NCBI GenBank assembly: GCA_051532035.1
Contig: JAOPTW010000034.1
Location: 1 to 64,000 of the forward strand
Length of the DNA: 64,000 bases
Direction of reading: 5' to 3'
Origin: Fibrobacterales bacterium
GTDB lineage: Bacteria > Fibrobacterota > Fibrobacteria > Fibrobacterales > JAOPTW01
Shown here: positions 59,850 to 64,000 of the stretch, one piece after another
Position numbering within the stretch: position 1 is the first letter of the stretch
Layout of the letters: each line of letters begins with the position of its first letter
The notes under the pieces: model-generated
What the model saw: only the letters and a program-made list of their open reading frames with translations
Database searches by the model: none
What the model was told of the DNA's origin: nothing
Position numbers and translations under genes: made by a program

Positions 59850-60242
59850 ATGAAAATATTGATAGTTGATGACAACTTTATTAGCAGAAAACAATTAAAA
59901 TTTATGCTCTCTGAGCTTGGTGATAGTGATCTAGCTAATGATGGAAAAGAAGCATTGGAGGCAATAACTATTGCCCATCAATTACATGAGTATTATGACC
60001 TTATCTGTTTGGATATCATGATGCCTCAAATGGATGGCATGGAAGCGTTGGAAAAAATCCGGACCTTTGAACAAGAACATGATGTTGCTCCTGATGCAAG
60101 TGCTAAAATTATAATGATCACCACTGTTGATGACAAAAATAGCATCATTAAATCATTTCGATCTGGTTGCGAAAGTTATGTTGTCAAACCAGTTGTCAAA
60201 CATAAACTCCTAGAGACCATTAATAACCTCGAAATAAGCTAA
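59850..60242 (+). CDS. Single-domain response regulator, divergent from cheA
   Basis: 'ILIVDD', 'CLDIMMPQMDG', 'IIMITT', 'YVVKP'. Confidence 0.93.
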   Translation: MKILIVDDNFISRKQLKFMLSELGDSDLANDGKEALEAITIAHQLHEYYDLICLDIMMPQMDGMEALEKIRTFEQEHDVAPDASAKIIMITTVDDKNSIIKSFRSGCESYVVKPVVKHKLLETINNLEIS

Positions 60243-60326
60243 ACCATTTCAATATAAAAGGTCTCACTTTAAAAACTGGGCCATTTTTGCTATTTTTGCA
60301 TCAAAATAAGCAATTTTGGAGCAGTA

Positions 60327-63071
60327 ATGGAATCGCGTTTTTCGCCACAAGATATCGAAAACAAATGGTTAGAGTCATGGATCGAAACAGGCTCATATAA
60401 GCCCAGTGGAGAAGGTGAGCCATTTAGTATTGTCATACCACCTCCAAACGTTACTGGTGCGCTCCATTTAGGGCACGCTCTCAACAATACTATTCAAGAC
60501 ACTCTCATTCGTTGGCAGCGAAAAATGGGTAAGAACACCCTTTGGGTTCCTGGAACTGACCATGCAGGCATTGCGACTCAAGCAGTTGTGGAACGTCGTC
60601 TCTTTGAGAACGAACAGAAAACTCGCCATGATATTGGACGGGATGCCTTAGTGAAACGCATTTGGGACTGGAAAGACGAATATGAAAAGCGTATCTGTGG
60701 TCAGCTTCGTAAAGTTGGATCCAGTTGCGATTGGGATCGTCAGCGCTTTACTCTCGACCCTATATGTGCAAAAGCGGTTCGTCACACTTTTTTTAACCTC
60801 TTTAAAAAGAACTACATATTTAGAGGTAAAAGACTCGTCAACTGGGATACCCACCTTCAAACCGCTGTTGCTGACGACGAAATATATTATGAAACAGTAC
60901 AAAGTCACATGTGGTATTTCAAATACTACTTAGCTGATGGTTCAGGTTTCATTCCTGTTGCTACAACGCGACCCGAAACAATTCTTGGTGATACTGCCCT
61001 TGCAGTACATCCCGAAGATAGTCGCTATAAATCCTTTATTGGAAAGATGCTCAAAGTTCCTTTTGTTAATCGTGAAATTCCTGTCATAGCTGATGGAATG
61101 TTGGTTGATCCCGAATTTGGAACAGGCTCAGTGAAGGTTACCCCCGCACATGACCCCAATGACTACGCAACAGGCCTTCGTCATTCCCTTCCAATGATCA
61201 ATATTCTTACGAATACTGGTCACATAAACGAAAATGGTGCTCAGTTTGCTGGCATGGAACGTTATGATGCACGAAAAGCAGTTGTTGCGGAACTAGAAGC
61301 TCTTGATCTCATGATTAAGGTTGAAGACCATGAAGTTCCTCTTGGTCATTCAGACCGCTCAAAAACTCCAATAGAACCTTACCTATCTGACCAATGGTTT
61401 GTTGATATGAAAGAGATTGGCGAACGTGCTCTTGATGCGGTCCGCCAAAAATCAATAACCTTCTACCCTGAACGGTATAGCAAAACCTATCTTGACTGGT
61501 TGGGTGAAAAACGTGACTGGTGTATTAGTAGACAATTGTGGTGGGGACATCAGATTCCAATCTGGTATTGCTCAACCTGTAGCGAAGCAGATCTTGATAA
61601 TGCTTTTAGTGCATCAAAAGACACACACTGGATTAAAACAGAAGACGATAGCGGATGGCTTGTCTGCTCTCTTGATGATATTGATGAAAAAGCACTCGGT
61701 GATGCGCACACTCTTACCCGTGACCCTGATGTACTTGATACCTGGTTTTCGAGTGCACTCTGGCCTCACTCTACTTTAGGATGGCCAGAACAGAGTGATG
61801 ACCTCAAAACATTTTACCCCACAAGTGTACTCGTTACCAGTCGTGATATCATTAGTCTATGGGTTGCTCGGATGGTTGTTACCGGACTAGAAAATATTGG
61901 TGAAATCCCCTTTTCTAAGGTTTACATTCACCCTAAAATTCTCGATGGTGAAGGTCGTACTATGAGTAAATCACTCGGTAATGGCGTTGACCCCCTTGAT
62001 ATTATTGAAAAATATGGAACCGATGCACTCCGTTTTACCATGGCGCAACTTTGTACTGATACTCAAGATGCACGCCTCCCTGTTAAGTTAGAGACCCTTG
62101 AAGATGGAAGAACCATCAATACCTCAGACAAATTTGAACTCGGTCGAAACTTTGCTAATAAATTATGGAATGCTTGTCGATTTGTCGAACCGCATCTCTC
62201 ATCTGTAGAGAACCTTTCTATAGATGTAACGCTCCTGACACTGGAAGACAAATGGATTCTTTCTCGTATCAATAGCACTATTCAAAAAGTAGAATCATGT
62301 CTTACCCAGTATCGTTTTTCTGAAATGGTGCAAGTACTCTATCATTTTACTTGGGACGATTTCTGCTCTCGATATCTTGAAATCAAAAAGAAGACTATAA
62401 CTGCTGAAGTAATGACTTCTCAAAAAGCTAATGGTCTCGCGGTATTTTCCCACGTTGTTGAAAAGCTTATTGGTGCCATGCATCCAGTTATGCCTTTTAT
62501 CACCGAAGAGCTCAATACTATTTTATTTCCTACTGCTCAAGCACTGATTACCTCACCGTGGCCTAAGGTTGACTCCACTGTTATTGACCAACAGATCGAA
62601 AAAGATTTTTCTGAAATTTTTGAAATTGTTGAAGCCGTACGCTCTATACGTGGTCAATACTCAATTAGCCCAGCTAAAGAACTCGACTGCTATGTGAAAG
62701 TTGCTTCAGAAGTGGAAAAAAGTACATTGAATGAAAATGCAGCGTTTATCAAAGTTATGGGAAAACTATCTGCTCTTACCATAGATTGTGCTGATATCAA
62801 GCCTCCATTCTCAGCTACTCAGATGATGGGTAGTGGTGAAGTCTATATACCTCTTGAGGGTATTTTGGACAAAGAGAAGGAACTTGAAAAACTTACCAAA
62901 GAACTTACAGGTGCCGAAAAATTTTCGCAAAGTCTTGCGAAGAAATTGTCAAATGACAAATTTGTCAATAACGCACCAGCTAATGTGGTTGCATTTGAAA
63001 AAGATAAGTTGAAAAGTCAGCTTGAAACTATTGAAAAATGTAAAAAAGCGATAGCAGAACTCACTGCTTAA
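60327..63071 (+). CDS. valS: Valine--tRNA ligase
   Basis: 'PPPNVTGALHLGHA', 'GTDHAGIATQ', 'ATTRPET', 'DWCISRQLWWGH', 'DTWFSS', 'MSKS', C-terminal coiled coil. Confidence 0.98.
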   Translation: MESRFSPQDIENKWLESWIETGSYKPSGEGEPFSIVIPPPNVTGALHLGHALNNTIQDTLIRWQRKMGKNTLWVPGTDHAGIATQAVVERRLFENEQKTRHDIGRDALVKRIWDWKDEYEKRICGQLRKVGSSCDWDRQRFTLDPICAKAVRHTFFNLFKKNYIFRGKRLVNWDTHLQTAVADDEIYYETVQSHMWYFKYYLADGSGFIPVATTRPETILGDTALAVHPEDSRYKSFIGKMLKVPFVNREIPVIADGMLVDPEFGTGSVKVTPAHDPNDYATGLRHSLPMINILTNTGHINENGAQFAGMERYDARKAVVAELEALDLMIKVEDHEVPLGHSDRSKTPIEPYLSDQWFVDMKEIGERALDAVRQKSITFYPERYSKTYLDWLGEKRDWCISRQLWWGHQIPIWYCSTCSEADLDNAFSASKDTHWIKTEDDSGWLVCSLDDIDEKALGDAHTLTRDPDVLDTWFSSALWPHSTLGWPEQSDDLKTFYPTSVLVTSRDIISLWVARMVVTGLENIGEIPFSKVYIHPKILDGEGRTMSKSLGNGVDPLDIIEKYGTDALRFTMAQLCTDTQDARLPVKLETLEDGRTINTSDKFELGRNFANKLWNACRFVEPHLSSVENLSIDVTLLTLEDKWILSRINSTIQKVESCLTQYRFSEMVQVLYHFTWDDFCSRYLEIKKKTITAEVMTSQKANGLAVFSHVVEKLIGAMHPVMPFITEELNTILFPTAQALITSPWPKVDSTVIDQQIEKDFSEIFEIVEAVRSIRGQYSISPAKELDCYVKVASEVEKSTLNENAAFIKVMGKLSALTIDCADIKPPFSATQMMGSGEVYIPLEGILDKEKELEKLTKELTGAEKFSQSLAKKLSNDKFVNNAPANVVAFEKDKLKSQLETIEKCKKAIAELTA

Positions 63072-63090
63072 AAGCCCAATACACATCGCC

Positions 63091-64000
63091 CTATTCTGAA
63101 TCCTCATAGGGTTCAATAGGGATTGAAAAAATAAAGGTACTCCCTGGGCCATGCTGATTATACATGGCCCATATTTGACCACTGTGACTTTCAATAATCT
63201 CTTTACTAATGGGCAGCCCCAAGCCGGTACCCCCTGCCCCATTGTCACTTGATGAACTTTGAACAAATTCATCGAATACCGAAATAAGCTCACCTTCAGG
63301 CACACCAACTCCTTCATCTATCACTCGGCACTCAATTGCTGGATACTCTGCATCAACCTTATCGTCAATAAGAATTGAATCCACAACTTGAATCGTAATA
63401 GTAGAGTCTTCAGGAGAAAACTTGATCGCATTTGAGAGTAGATTCCTCAGTACTTGCATTATCCTAACATTATCATACACGGCTACTCTTTGAGTACATT
63501 CGATAGAGAGGTCAATGGTAATTGATTTATTCTTTATAAGCTGTGCCAATTCATTAAGTATAGTCCTTACAGTATCAGTAATACTATTTTTTGTTTTAAT
63601 ATAACTCACTTTACCCGATGCAAGCTTTGAGAGATCTAGAATATCACTCACAGTCTCAAGGAGTCGGTCCCCACTTTCTTTTATCCTGCCAAAATACTTA
63701 ATAATTTTTTCATCCTCTATACTTACCGAACGTTTCTCTCCCAGTTCAGCAAAGCTCAAAATAGCATGGAGTGGAGTTCTGAACTCATGTGACATATTAG
63801 CCAAAAACTGTGATTTTACTTGAATCGCTTCCTCTGCCCTATCTTTTGCAAATTGCAGTTCTTCGGTTCTCTTTTTTACTTTTGTCTCCAAATTAATTTT
63901 TGCGTCAGAAAGTTCAGTCATGAGCTCTTGTAATTTTACGTTTGTAGTGCGTTGTTCTTCTTCTTTGGAAATTAAATTTTCTATTAACACATCATTATCA
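63091..64000 (-). CDS. Sensor histidine kinase (5'-truncated by the window edge)
   Basis: Frame remains open to base 64000; 'FLANMSHEFRTPL', 'NLLSNAIKF', 'DEGVG', 'GTGLGL'. Confidence 0.93.
   Translation of the reverse strand, partial: DNDVLIENLISKEEEQRTTNVKLQELMTELSDAKINLETKVKKRTEELQFAKDRAEEAIQVKSQFLANMSHEFRTPLHAILSFAELGEKRSVSIEDEKIIKYFGRIKESGDRLLETVSDILDLSKLASGKVSYIKTKNSITDTVRTILNELAQLIKNKSITIDLSIECTQRVAVYDNVRIMQVLRNLLSNAIKFSPEDSTITIQVVDSILIDDKVDAEYPAIECRVIDEGVGVPEGELISVFDEFVQSSSSDNGAGGTGLGLPISKEIIESHSGQIWAMYNQHGPGSTFIFSIPIEPYEDSE

Overview
Bacterial chromosomal window, most likely Fibrobacterota (inferred from two TIGR02147-type regulators, two fibro-slime/PA14-like proteins and many lipoproteins with Ser-rich linkers). 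About 1-25 kb is an accessory surface/polysaccharide region: a LuxR/TIGR02147/DUF6345-like cassette, LamG lipoproteins, a lipoprotein serpin, a CBM-like lipoprotein, a polysaccharide lyase, a GH5-CBM6 enzyme and a tandem pair of Cys/Asp-repeat fibro-slime lipoproteins. About 25.5-36.4 kb is a dense signalling block (HD-GYP regulator, PP2C regulator plus STAS, several histidine kinases). About 36.5-52 kb is housekeeping: coaBC, a UDG-like gene, dnaB, mlaEF, hemB, a methyltransferase-bshC-bshB1-bshA operon, an M23 peptidase, tRNA-Arg(UCU), yajC, def and a SpoIID-like gene. About 52-60 kb is a chemosensory cluster with two cheD genes and no MCP or cheW, followed by valS and a partial histidine kinase. 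No CRISPR array, rRNA, transposase or integrase was seen. The most notable observations are (i) a paired GGCTACG-N24-GGCTACG motif present twice and bracketing the TIGR02147+lipoprotein pair, (ii) a probable N-methyl-bacillithiol operon, (iii) a secreted DUF6345-like protein with altered His/Cys positions beside a propeptide-like partner, and (iv) one kinase flanked by two same-subfamily receiver domains with different outputs. All family calls come from motif recognition by eye; no database searches were run.
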